NCBI RefSeq assembly: GCF_008727195.1
Contig: NZ_CP044148.1
Direction: 5' to 3' (one strand)
Length of the DNA: 24,000 nucleotides
Origin: Escherichia coli O157
GTDB lineage: Bacteria > Pseudomonadota > Gammaproteobacteria > Enterobacterales > Enterobacteriaceae
Every line of letters starts with the position of its first letter. Positions within the stretch are counted from its first letter, which is position 1. The position numbers were made by a program, and so were the translations under genes. The notes beneath the pieces are model-generated. The model was not told the DNA's origin. It worked only from the letters and a program-made list of their open reading frames with translations, and did no database searches. Of the stretch, positions 1 through 10,698 are shown one piece after another.

Positions 1-508
1 GCATCTGGCTTGCCTTAGCTGGTCAATGCGGGGACTCTCCTGTCTACTCGCCTAATTACCAAACAATTCACTCCCTTTACGTCGATTTACCGCTGGTTGA
101 TATTCTGAAAATGCATTTTTACCGAAATAGCCACCTATAAACAATAAAAATATATAGAAGATATCATTTATTAATTAACAAGCAGTTACGTCTCTTTTTT
201 TCGGATTTAATTGTGAAATTTTAATCATCATATTCATACAATAAATTATCTGTAAATTTTTTCCCAGACATGGTTTCTTTCATATTTGACATTTATTAAT
301 AATCATCATTAGAATCCACGAAAATAATATATTCATACAAACACAGACATCTTTTGAAACGAATGATACATTTTTATAATGAATGCTTAAAACAATATTT
401 AATCGACACACATCACTGTCATTAATGTAAAGCAACATAGATCACCAATAATACAATGGACAACTCTACCGGCATTGATCGCTGGGCGGAGGAAATAAGG
501 ATTTTTAC
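1..508. promoter_or_regulatory. AT-rich non-coding region upstream of the lipoprotein/adhesin locus, likely holding its promoter
   Basis: No supported ORF; visibly AT-rich over about 100-480; a ribosome-binding-like AAGG (497-500) sits 8 nt before ATG 509. The promoter itself was not mapped. Confidence 0.45.
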
Positions 509-1192
509 ATGAACTAGAAGAAGATTTTTTTCAGTGCTGTCACTGTTTCAGTTCTCTGCGCATTAACGGGATGTGACTACATTGAAGAAGGCAAGCCAGA
601 AAGTAGTTTATTGAAACAACAAGAAGAACATAACAATAAAATTGATCTACTTGAAAAACAACAAGCACAGCTAAAGAGTCAACTGGAAACTATTCAAAAA
701 CAACAAACTGGCATAATAAGCAGTACAAAGACTTTAACTCACGTAATTAAATCCGTTAAAGATCAACAAAACACTTTTATTTTTACCGAGTTTAACCCAG
801 CAAAAACGAAGTATTTCATCCTGAACAATGGTTCGGTGGCTTTAGCGGGTCGAGTTTTATCCATTGACGCCACAGAGAATGGCAGTGTTATTCATATTTC
901 ACTGGTCAACTTATTAAGTACACCTATCTCAAATATTGGTTTTAATGCGACATGGGGTGGTGAAAAACCTGTCGATGCCAAAGAGTTTGCCCGGTGGCAA
1001 CAATTACTTTTCAACACATCAATGAAATCCACATTGAAATTATTACCAGGTCAATGGCAAGACATTAATTTGACCCTGAAGGGTGTATCGCCCAATAACC
1101 TGGGATATCTGAAGTTAGCCATCAACATGGAAAATATTCAGTTCGACAATCTTCCCTCTGCTGAAAATCGGCAGAAAAGAAGCAAAAAATAA
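509..1192 (+). pseudogene. SadB-like/DUF3251-like small lipoprotein partner of a trimeric autotransporter, interrupted by amber TAG at codon 3
   Basis: Frame read from ATG 509: M N * K K I F F S A V T V S V L C A L T G C D Y I E E G K P E S S L L K Q Q E E H... It has a lysine-rich n-region, hydrophobic core and LTGC lipobox, then a heptad-like coiled coil and a globular domain. The track ORF (611..1192) starts at a TTG inside the gene. The next gene starts 43 nt downstream. Confidence 0.72.
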
Positions 1193-1463
1193 ATGCAGTT
1201 AGTACGCTTATAACAAGGAATAGCGAGCATCATTAATGAACAAAATATTTAAAGTTATCTGGAACCCTGCGACAGGGAATTATACTGTTACCAGCGAAAC
1301 GGCAAAAAGCCGTGGCAAGAAATCTGGGCGCAGTAAGCTGTTAATTTCTGCGCTGGTTGCGGGTGGAATGTTGTCGTCGTTTGGGGCATTGGCGAATGCC
1401 GGGAATGACAACGGTCAGGGTGTTGATTACGGTAGTGGATCAGCTGGCGACGGCTGGGTTGCT

Positions 1464-2270
1464 ATAGGCAAAGGGGCGAAAGCAAATACTTTTATGAACA
1501 CCAGTGGTTCCAGTACTGCTGTGGGTTATGACGCTATAGCTGAAGGCCAATATAGCTCTGCCATCGGGTCAAAAACCCATGCGATTGGTGGTGCATCAAT
1601 GGCCTTTGGGGTTAGTGCAATATCAGAAGGCGATAGAAGTATAGCACTGGGTGCCTCTTCGTATTCATTGGGCCAATACTCAATGGCCCTCGGCCGTTAT
1701 TCAAAAGCATTGGGTAAATTGTCTATTGCTATGGGGGACTCTTCCAAAGCGGAAGGAGCAAACGCCATTGCCCTGGGAAATGCCACTAAAGCTACTGAGA
1801 TTATGAGTATTGCTCTTGGCGACACCGCCAATGCGTCAAAAGCGTATTCAATGGCGCTGGGAGCAAGTAGCGTCGCATCTGAAGAAAACGCTATTGCGAT
1901 AGGTGCTGAGACCGAAGCCGCTGAAAATGCAACTGCTATTGGCAATAATGCGAAGGCAAAAGGGACTAATAGCATGGCAATGGGGTTCGGAAGCCTTGCC
2001 GATAAAGTCAATACTATCGCATTAGGAAATGGCAGCCAGGCTCTGGCAGATAATGCAATCGCCATAGGCCAGGGCAACAAAGCTGATGGCGTGGATGCCA
2101 TCGCTCTGGGTAATGGTAGCCAGTCGAGAGGCTTAAACACCATTGCCTTAGGCACAGCCAGTAATGCAACTGGTGATAAGAGTCTTGCGCTTGGTAGTAA
2201 TAGCAGTGCCAACGGTATTAACTCTGTCGCGCTGGGCGCAGATTCCATTGCGGATTTAGACAATACCGTC
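1464..2270 (+). other. YadA-like head domain (hep_Hag-type repeats) within the autotransporter
   Basis: Recurring 'AIALGxxSxAxGxxS' motifs with a period of roughly 14 aa. Boundaries approximate. Confidence 0.75.
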
Positions 2271-3000
2271 TCTGTCGGCAATAGTTCATTAAAACGCAAG
2301 ATCGTTAATGTGAAAAATGGCGCGATCAAGTCTGACAGTTACGATGCCATTAATGGTTCACAGCTTTATGCCATTAGCGACTCGGTAGCAAAAAGGCTTG
2401 GAGGAGGGGCTGCAGTAGATGTTGATGACGGTACTGTTACAGCACCAACCTACAATTTAAAAAATGGTAGCAAAAATAACGTAGGGGCTGCGCTCGCTGT
2501 ACTTGATGAAAACACCCTGCAATGGGACCAAACCAAAGGCAAATACAGCGCTGCTCATGGTACTAGTAGCCCAACTGCCAGCGTAATCACCGATGTTGCG
2601 GATGGCACGATTTCAGCCTCCAGTAAGGATGCGGTTAACGGTTCCCAACTGAAAGCTACCAATGACGATGTCGAAGCCAACACCGCCAATATCGCTACTA
2701 ATACCAGCAACATTGCCACGAATACGGCAAATATTGCCACCAATACCACCAATATCACCAACCTGACGGATTCCGTTGGTGACCTTCAGGCTGATGCCCT
2801 GCTCTGGAACGAAACTAAAAAGGCATTCAGTGCAGCTCACGGCCAGGATACCACCAGCAAAATCACCAACGTTAAAGATGCCGACCTGACGGCTGACAGC
2901 ACTGATGCTGTTAACGGCTCTCAGCTGAAAACCACCAACGATGCTGTGGCGACGAATACCACCAATATCGCCAATAACACTTCCAATATTGCCACTAACA

Positions 3001-3390
3001 CCACCAACATCTCTAACCTGACTGAGACGGTGACTAATCTTGGTGAGGATGCGCTGAAATGGGATAAGGACAATGGTGTATTCACGGCAGCTCATGGCAC
3101 CGAGACCACCAGCAAAATCACCAACGTTAAAGATGGCGACCTGACGACTGGCAGCACCGATGCCGTTAACGGCTCTCAGCTGAAAACCACCAACGATGCC
3201 GTGGCGACGAATACCACCAATATCGCCACTAACACCACCAACATCTCTAATCTGACTGAGACGGTGACTAATCTTGGTGAGGATGCGCTGAAATGGGATA
3301 AGGACAATGGTGTCTTCACTGCAGCTCATGGCAACAATACCGCCAGCAAAATCACCAATATCCTGGACGGCACAGTCACTGCAACCAGTT
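3001..3390 (+). repeat. Near-identical 234-bp in-frame tandem repeat in the adhesin stalk; unit 1 is 3001-3234, unit 2 starts at 3235 and is partial
   Basis: 'ccaccaacatctctaa[c/t]ctgactgagacggtgactaatcttggtgaggatgcgctgaaatgggataaggacaatggtgt' occurs at 3001 and again at 3235, an offset of 234 nt = 78 codons. A more divergent copy lies just upstream. Confidence 0.85.
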
Positions 3391-6040
3391 CCGATGCCAT
3401 TAACGGTAGCCAGCTTTATGACTTAAGCAGCAATATCGCCACCTACTTCGGCGGCAATGCTTCTGTGAATACTGACGGTGTGTTTACCGGTCCAACCTAC
3501 AAAATCGGTGAAACAAATTATTATAACGTCGGCGATGCACTGGCTGCGATTAACTCCTCATTTAGCACGTCTCTCGGCGATGCTCTGCTTTGGGATGCCA
3601 CCGCAGGTAAATTCAGTGCCAAACACGGTACTAATGGTGACGCAAGCGTGATCACTGATGTCGCAGATGGTGAAATTTCAGACTCCAGTTCTGACGCAGT
3701 AAACGGCTCACAACTCCACGGCGTGAGCAGTTATGTTGTTGATGCGCTGGGGGTGGTGCCGAAGTCAATGCAGACGGCACCATCACTGCGCCGACGTACA
3801 CCATTGCTAATGCTGATTACGATAATGTCGGTGATGCCCTGAATGCTATCGATACCACTCTTGACGACGCTCTGCTCTGGGATGCGGACGCCGGTGAAAA
3901 TGGTGCATTTAGCGCCGCTCACGGAAAAGATAAAACTGCCAGTGTAATCACTAACGTCGCTAACGGTGCAATCTCTGCTGCCAGCAGCGACGCGATTAAC
4001 GGCTCACAACTCTATACCACCAATAAGTACATCGCTGATGCGCTGGGTGGTGACGCAGAAGTCAACGCTGACGGCACCATCACCGCACCGACTTACACCA
4101 TTGCGAACGCCGAGTACAACAACGTCGGTGACGCCCTGGATGCGCTTGATGATAACGCCCTGCTGTGGGATGAGACTGCCAATGGCGGTGCTGGAGCCTA
4201 CAATGCCAGCCATGACGGTAAAGCCAGCATCATCACTAATGTCGCTAATGGCAGTATTAGTGAGGACAGTACCGATGCAGTGAACGGTTCTCAGTTGAAT
4301 GCGACGAATATGATGATTGAGCAGAACACCCAAATTATCAATCAGCTCGCTGGTAACACCGACGCAACCTATATCCAAGAAAACGGTGCGGGTATTAACT
4401 ATGTGCGTACTAACGACGACGGCTTAGCGTTCAACGACGCCAGCGCACAGGGTGTTGGCGCTACAGCTATAGGTTATAACTCTGTCGCCAAAGGCGATAG
4501 CAGCGTAGCTATTGGTCAGGGCAGCTACAGCGACGTTGATACGGGTATCGCCCTGGGTAGCAGCTCTGTTTCCAGCCGAGTGATTGCCAAAGGCTCCCGT
4601 GACACCAGCATAACGGAAAATGGCGTTGTTATTGGTTACGACACCACGGATGGCGAACTGCTCGGTGCATTGTCTATCGGTGATGACGGTAAATATCGTC
4701 AAATCATCAACGTAGCCGATGGTTCCGAAGCCCATGACGCCGTTACGGTTCGTCAATTGCAGAATGCGATTGGTGCGGTCGCAACCACGCCGACTAAATA
4801 CTTCCACGCTAATTCAACGGAAGAAGATTCACTGGCAGTGGGAACTGACTCGCTGGCAATGGGTGCGAAAACCATCGTGAATGGCGATAAAGGTATTGGT
4901 ATCGGTTATGGTGCCTACGTGGACGCGAATGCACTTAACGGCATTGCCATTGGTAGCAATGCGCAAGTCATTCATGTCAACAGTATTGCGATAGGTAATG
5001 GTTCTACGACCACTCGTGGCGCTCAAACCAATTATACCGCCTACAACATGGACGCACCGCAGAACTCTGTCGGTGAATTCTCAGTCGGTAGTGCGGATGG
5101 TCAACGTCAGATCACTAACGTCGCAGCAGGTTCGGCTGATACCGATGCGGTCAACGTGGGTCAGTTGAAAGTAACGGATGCGCAGGTTTCCCAGAATACC
5201 CAGAGCATTACTAACCTGGATAATCGGGTAACGAATCTTGATTCACGCGTCACCAATATCGAAAACGGTATTGGCGATATCGTCACCACCGGTAGCACCA
5301 AGTACTTCAAGACCAATACCGATGGTGTAGATGCCAGCGCGCAGGGTAAAGATAGCGTCGCGATTGGTTCCGGCTCCATTGCTGCCGCTGACAACAGCGT
5401 CGCTCTGGGTACAGGGTCTGTGGCAACCGAAGAAAATACGATCTCTGTAGGTTCCTCTACTAACCAACGTCGTATCACCAACGTAGCTGCAGGTAAAAAT
5501 GCTACCGATGCTGTTAACGTGGCACAGTTGAAGTCTTCCGAAGCTGGCGGTGTACGTTACGACACCAAAGCTGATGGTTCTATCGACTATAGCAATATCA
5601 CCCTCGGTGGCGGCAACGGCGGTACGACTCGTATCAGCAACGTCTCCGCTGGCGTCAACAACAACGACGTGGTGAATTACGCGCAGTTGAAGCAAAGCGT
5701 GCAGGAAACGAAGCAATACACCGATCAGCGAATGGTTGAGATGGATAACAAACTGTCTAAAACTGAAAGCAAGTTGAGCGGTGGTATCGCTTCTGCAATG
5801 GCAATGACCGGTCTGCCGCAGGCTTACACTCCAGGTGCCAGCATGGCCTCTATTGGTGGCGGTACTTACAACGGTGAATCGGCAGTTGCTTTAGGTGTAT
5901 CGATGGTGAGCGCCAATGGTCGTTGGGTCTACAAATTACAAGGTAGTACCAATAGCCAGGGTGAATACTCCGCCGCACTCGGTGCCGGTATTCAGTGGTA
6001 ATGATCCATTAAGTTAGTGTGACTAAGGGCAAACGCCAAA

Positions 6041-6069
6041 TTGCCTGATGCGTTACGCGCATCAGGCAA
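6041..6069. repeat. REP-like palindromic element downstream of the adhesin gene
   Basis: TTGCCTGATGCG ttacg CGCATCAGGCAA, a perfect 12-bp stem with a 5-nt loop, in an intergenic region. Confidence 0.75.
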
Positions 6070-6152
6070 GATAAGGCGCTCCGGGTCAACAATCTAAGGG
6101 CAATTCTCTGATGAGGATTGCCCTTTTCTTTACCAGACATCTCCCCCCACAA

Positions 6153-6171
6153 GAATTGGCCCTACCAATTC
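6153..6171. promoter_or_regulatory. Candidate LldR operator O1
   Basis: GAATTGG ccctA CCAATTC, perfect 7-bp half-sites upstream of lldP; resembles GntR/FadR-family operators. Confidence 0.65.
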
Positions 6172-6281
6172 TTCGCTTATCTGACCTCTGGTTCACAATT
6201 CCCCAATTAAAACTCACATCAATATTGCCAATACATAACATTTAGTTAACCATTCATTGTCATTATCCCTACACAACACAA

Positions 6282-6299
6282 TTGGCAGTGCCACTTTTA
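6282..6299. promoter_or_regulatory. Candidate LldR operator O2
   Basis: AATTGGCAGTGCCACTTT, core TGGCA-g-TGCCA, centred 128 nt from the O1 centre and close to the lldP start. Confidence 0.55.
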
Positions 6300-6368
6300 C
6301 ACAACGTGTGACAAGGAGATGAGCAACAGACTCATTACACGATGTGCGTGGACTCCAGGAGACCTGCA

Positions 6369-8024
6369 ATGAATCTCTGGCAACAAAACTACGATCCCGC
6401 CGGGAATATCTGGCTTTCCAGTTTGATAGCATCGCTTCCCATCCTGTTTTTCTTCTTTGCGCTGATTAAGCTCAAACTGAAAGGATACGTCGCCGCCTCA
6501 TGGACGGTAGCAATCGCCCTTGCCGTGGCTTTGCTGTTCTATAAAATGCCGGTCGCTAACGCGCTGGCCTCGGTGGTTTATGGCTTCTTCTATGGTTTGT
6601 GGCCCATCGCGTGGATCATTATTGCAGCAGTGTTCGTCTATAAGATCTCGGTGAAAACCGGGCAGTTTGACATCATTCGCTCGTCTATTCTTTCGATAAC
6701 CCCTGACCAGCGTCTGCAAATGCTGATCGTCGGTTTCTGTTTCGGCGCTTTCCTTGAAGGAGCCGCAGGCTTTGGCGCACCGGTAGCAATTACCGCCGCA
6801 TTGCTGGTCGGCCTGGGTTTTAAACCGCTGTACGCCGCCGGACTGTGCCTGATTGTTAACACCGCGCCAGTGGCATTTGGCGCGATGGGCATTCCAATCC
6901 TGGTTGCCGGACAAGTAACAGGCATCGACAGCTTTGAGATTGGCCAGATGGTGGGGCGGCAGCTACCGTTTATGACCATTATCGTGCTGTTCTGGATCAT
7001 GGCGATTATGGACGGCTGGCGCGGTATCAAGGAGACGTGGCCTGCGGTCGTGGTTGCGGGCGGCTCGTTTGCCATCGCTCAGTACCTTAGCTCTAACTTC
7101 ATTGGGCCGGAGCTGCCGGACATTATCTCTTCGCTGGTATCACTGCTCTGCCTGACGCTGTTCCTCAAACGCTGGCAGCCAGTGCGCGTATTCCGTTTTG
7201 GTGATTTGGGGGCGTCACAGGTTGATATGACGCTAGCCCACACCGGTTACACTGCGGGTCAGGTGTTACGTGCCTGGACACCGTTCCTGTTCCTGACAGC
7301 TACCGTAACACTGTGGAGTATCCCGCCGTTTAAAGCCCTGTTCGCATCGGGTGGCGCGCTGTATGAGTGGGTGATCAACATTCCGGTGCCGTACCTCGAT
7401 AAACTGGTTGCCCGTATGCCGCCAGTGGTCAGCGAGGCTACAGCCTATGCCGCCGTGTTTAAGTTTGACTGGTTCTCTGCCACCGGCACCGCCATTCTGT
7501 TTGCTGCACTGCTCTCGATTGTCTGGCTGAAGATGAAACCGTCTGACGCTATCAGCACCTTCGGCAGCACGCTGAAAGAACTGGCTCTACCCATCTACTC
7601 CATCGGCATGGTGCTGGCGTTCGCCTTTATCTCGAACTATTCCGGACTGTCATCAACACTGGCACTGGCACTGGCGCACACCGGTCATGCATTCACCTTC
7701 TTCTCGCCGTTCCTCGGCTGGCTGGGGGTATTCCTGACCGGGTCGGATACCTCATCTAACGCCCTGTTCGCCGCGCTGCAAGCCACCGCAGCACAACAAA
7801 TTGGCGTCTCTGATCTGTTGCTGGTTGCCGCCAATACCACCGGTGGCGTCACCGGTAAGATGATCTCCCCGCAATCTATCGCTATCGCCTGTGCGGCGGT
7901 AGGCCTGGTGGGCAAAGAGTCTGATTTGTTCCGCTTTACTGTCAAACACAGCCTGATCTTCACCTGTATGGTGGGCGTGATCACCACGCTTCAGGCTTAT
8001 GTCTTAACGTGGATGATTCCTTAA
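6369..8024 (+). CDS. lldP: L-lactate permease LldP
   Basis: 551 aa polytopic membrane protein starting [26 protein letters not shown]; heads the lldPRD arrangement. ATG 6369 preferred over the track start at 6342. Confidence 0.96.
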
Positions 8025-8800
8025 TGATTGTTTTACCCAGACGCCTGTCAGACGAGGTTGCCGATCGTGTGCGGGCGCTGATTGATGAAAAAAACCTGGA
8101 AGCGGGCATGAAGTTGCCCGCTGAGCGCCAACTGGCGATGCAACTCGGCGTATCACGTAATTCACTACGCGAGGCGCTGGCAAAACTGGTGAGCGAAGGC
8201 GTGCTGCTCAGTCGACGCGGCGGCGGGACGTTTATTCGCTGGCGTCATGACACATGGTCGGAGCAAAACATCGTCCAGCCGCTAAAAACGCTGATGGCCG
8301 ATGATCCGGATTACAGTTTCGATATTCTGGAAGCCCGCTACGCCATTGAAGCCAGCACCGCATGGCATGCGGCAATGCGCGCCACACCTGGCGACAAAGA
8401 AAAGATTCAGCTTTGCTTTGAAGCAACGCTAAGTGAAGACCCGGATATCGCCTCACAAGCGGACGTTCGTTTTCATCTGGCGATTGCCGAAGCCTCACAT
8501 AACATCGTGCTGCTGCAAACCATACGCGGTTTCTTCGATGTCCTGCAATCCTCAGTGAAGCATAGCCGTCAGCGGATGTATCTGGTGCCACCGGTTTTTT
8601 CACAACTGACCGAACAACATCAGGCTGTCATTGACGCCATTTTTGCTGGTGATGCCGACGGGGCGCGTAAAGCAATGATGGCGCACCTTAGTTTTGTTCA
8701 CACCACCATGAAACGATTCGATGAAGATCAGGCTCGCCACGCACGGATTACCCGCCTGCCCGGTGAGCATAATGAGCATTCGAGGGAGAAAAACGCATGA
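8024..8800 (+). CDS. lldR: GntR-family transcriptional regulator LldR
   Basis: [52 protein letters not shown] winged-HTH; overlaps the lldP stop (TAATG). Confidence 0.95.
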
Positions 8801-9987
8801 TTATTTCCGCAGCCAGCGATTATCGCGCCGCAGCGCAACGCATTCTGCCGCCGTTCCTGTTCCACTATATGGATGGTGGTGCATATTCTGAATACACGCT
8901 GCGCCGCAACGTGGAAGATTTGTCAGAAGTGGCACTGCGCCAGCGTATTCTGAAAAACATGTCTGACTTAAGCCTGGAAACGACGCTGTTTAATGAGAAA
9001 TTGTCGATGCCGGTAGCACTGGCACCGGTGGGTTTGTGTGGCATGTATGCGCGTCGTGGCGAAGTTCAGGCAGCCAAAGCGGCGGACGCGCATGGCATTC
9101 CGTTTACTCTCTCAACGGTTTCCGTTTGCCCGATTGAAGAAGTCGCGCCAGCCATCAAGCGCCCAATGTGGTTCCAGCTTTATGTACTGCGCGATCGCGG
9201 CTTTATGCGTAACGCGCTGGAGCGAGCAAAAGCAGCGGGTTGTTCGACGCTGGTTTTCACCGTGGATATGCCGACACCGGGAGCGCGTTATCGTGATGCG
9301 CATTCTGGGATGAGCGGCCCAAATGCGGCAATGCGCCGCTACTTGCAAGCGGTGACGCATCCGCAATGGGCGTGGGATGTGGGCCTGAACGGTCGTCCGC
9401 ATGATTTAGGTAATATTTCGGCTTACCTCGGCAAACCGACCGGACTGGAAGATTACATCGGCTGGCTGGGGAATAACTTCGATCCGTCCATCTCATGGAA
9501 AGACCTTGAGTGGATCCGCGATTTCTGGGATGGCCCGATGGTGATCAAAGGGATCCTCGATCCGGAAGATGCGCGCGATGCAGTACGTTTTGGTGCTGAT
9601 GGGATTGTAGTTTCTAACCACGGTGGCCGCCAGCTGGACGGTGTACTCTCTTCCGCTCGTGCGTTGCCCGCTATTGCAGATGCGGTGAAAGGTGATATCG
9701 CCATTCTGGCGGATAGCGGAATTCGTAACGGGCTTGATGTCGTGCGTATGATTGCGCTCGGTGCCGACACCGTACTGCTGGGTCGTGCTTTCCTGTATGC
9801 GCTGGCAACAGCGGGCCAGGCGGGTGTAGCTAACCTGCTAAATCTGATCGAGAAAGAGATGAAAGTGGCAATGACGCTGACTGGCGCGAAATCGATCAGT
9901 GAAATTACGCAAGATTCGCTGGTGCAGGGGCTGGGTAAAGAGTTGCCTACGGCACTGGCTCCGATGGCGAAAGGGAATGCGGCATAG
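8797..9987 (+). CDS. lldD: L-lactate dehydrogenase (FMN-dependent) LldD
   Basis: 396 aa with FMN-binding alpha-hydroxyacid dehydrogenase motifs ([10 protein letters not shown]); ATGA overlap with lldR. Confidence 0.97.
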
Positions 9988-9995
9988 TCGTTTGA

Positions 9996-10115
9996 GCCCC
10001 CTCACCCTAACCCTCTCCCTCAGGGAGTGGGGACCGTTCGGCGCTGTATGTACTCCCTCACTCTGAAACGACACCGCACTCTTTTTTTCTCCCTCGCCCC
10101 TCCGGGGTGAGGGGA
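9996..10115. repeat. Intergenic inverted-repeat region of the 'cccctcaccctaaccctctccc' type (small dispersed E. coli repeat; class not certain)
   Basis: CCCCTCACCC near 9997-10007 pairs with GGGTGAGGGG near 10105-10114; internal CTCCCT/AGGGAG also pairs. Confidence 0.5.
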
Positions 10116-10172
10116 AAAGGCCGCACTGCTCACCAATTTTCTGCTATCCTGCCCCCGCACTAAGGGGGCAGT

Positions 10173-10646
10173 ATGCTAAACATCGTACTTTACGAACCAG
10201 AAATTCCGCCAAATACTGGCAATATCATCCGTCTTTGCGCTAATACCGGCTTTCGTCTGCATATCATCGAACCGATGGGATTTGCCTGGGACGATAAGCG
10301 CCTGCGCCGCGCGGGGCTGGACTATCACGAGTTTACCGCCGTTACGCGTCATCATGACTTTCGCGCGTTCCTCGAAGCAGAAAATCCCCAGCGCCTGTTT
10401 GCCCTCACCACGAAAGGTACGCCTGCTCACAGCGCCGTAAACTATCAGGATGGCGATTATCTGATGTTCGGCCCGGAAACACGCGGCCTGCCAGCGAGCA
10501 TTCTTGATGCCCTGCCCGCTGAACAAAAAATTCGCATTCCGATGGTGCCGGACAGCCGCAGCATGAACCTGTCCAATGCGGTGTCAGTTGTGGTGTATGA
10601 AGCCTGGCGGCAGCTGGGATATCCGGGAGCGTTGTTGAGAGATTAG
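10173..10646 (+). CDS. trmL: tRNA (cytidine/uridine-2'-O-)-methyltransferase TrmL (YibK)
   Basis: 157 aa SPOUT methyltransferase: [26 protein letters not shown]...FGPETRGLP...[28 protein letters not shown]. Confidence 0.95.
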   Translation: MLNIVLYEPEIPPNTGNIIRLCANTGFRLHIIEPMGFAWDDKRLRRAGLDYHEFTAVTRHHDFRAFLEAENPQRLFALTTKGTPAHSAVNYQDGDYLMFGPETRGLPASILDALPAEQKIRIPMVPDSRSMNLSNAVSVVVYEAWRQLGYPGALLRD

Positions 10647-10654
10647 TTACTGTA

Positions 10655-10685
10655 TGCCGGATAGATGATTACATCGCATCCGGCA
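10655..10685. repeat. REP element
   Basis: TGCCGGATagatgattacatcgcATCCGGCA between convergent trmL and cysE. Confidence 0.8.
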
Positions 10686-10698
10686 CGATCACAGGACA

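Larger units (their letters stand above)
1236..6001 (+). pseudogene. ehaG/upaG-like: UpaG/EhaG (SadA-like) trimeric autotransporter adhesin, split by a frameshift into ORFs 1236..3842 and (3752)..6001
   Basis: Extended signal peptide ([29 protein letters not shown]...[20 protein letters not shown]), YadA-head-type AIALG repeats, many NGSQL neck-like motifs, coiled-coil stalk repeats, and a C-terminal YadA-like anchor ([19 protein letters not shown]...[13 protein letters not shown]). Adding one G at 3749-3753 joins both halves into one frame of 1588 aa. Confidence 0.9.

Noticed and set aside
1697-3329. Long minus-strand ORFs (1697..2329, 2555..2761, 2613..3329) opposite the adhesin
   Set aside because: They are antisense to a repetitive, compositionally biased coding sequence. 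Their proteins simply mirror the NATNTTNI and AIALG repeats in reverse, with no independent start signals or recognisable domains.
3744-3760. Programmed ribosomal frameshifting to make full-length adhesin
   Set aside because: There is no convincing slippery heptamer with a downstream pseudoknot or internal Shine-Dalgarno. A 1-nt indel in a G run is simpler.
3966-4283. Plus-strand ORF of 105 aa between the two adhesin fragments
   Set aside because: It is the out-of-frame continuation of the frameshifted adhesin. The true family sequence ([28 protein letters not shown]...) is in the other frame across the same bases.
4280-6001. Independent 573-aa protein starting at 4280
   Set aside because: The start is a GTG valine codon inside the NGSQL neck motif (DAVNGSQL) of the same adhesin. 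The frame is open upstream to 3752 and has no signal peptide.
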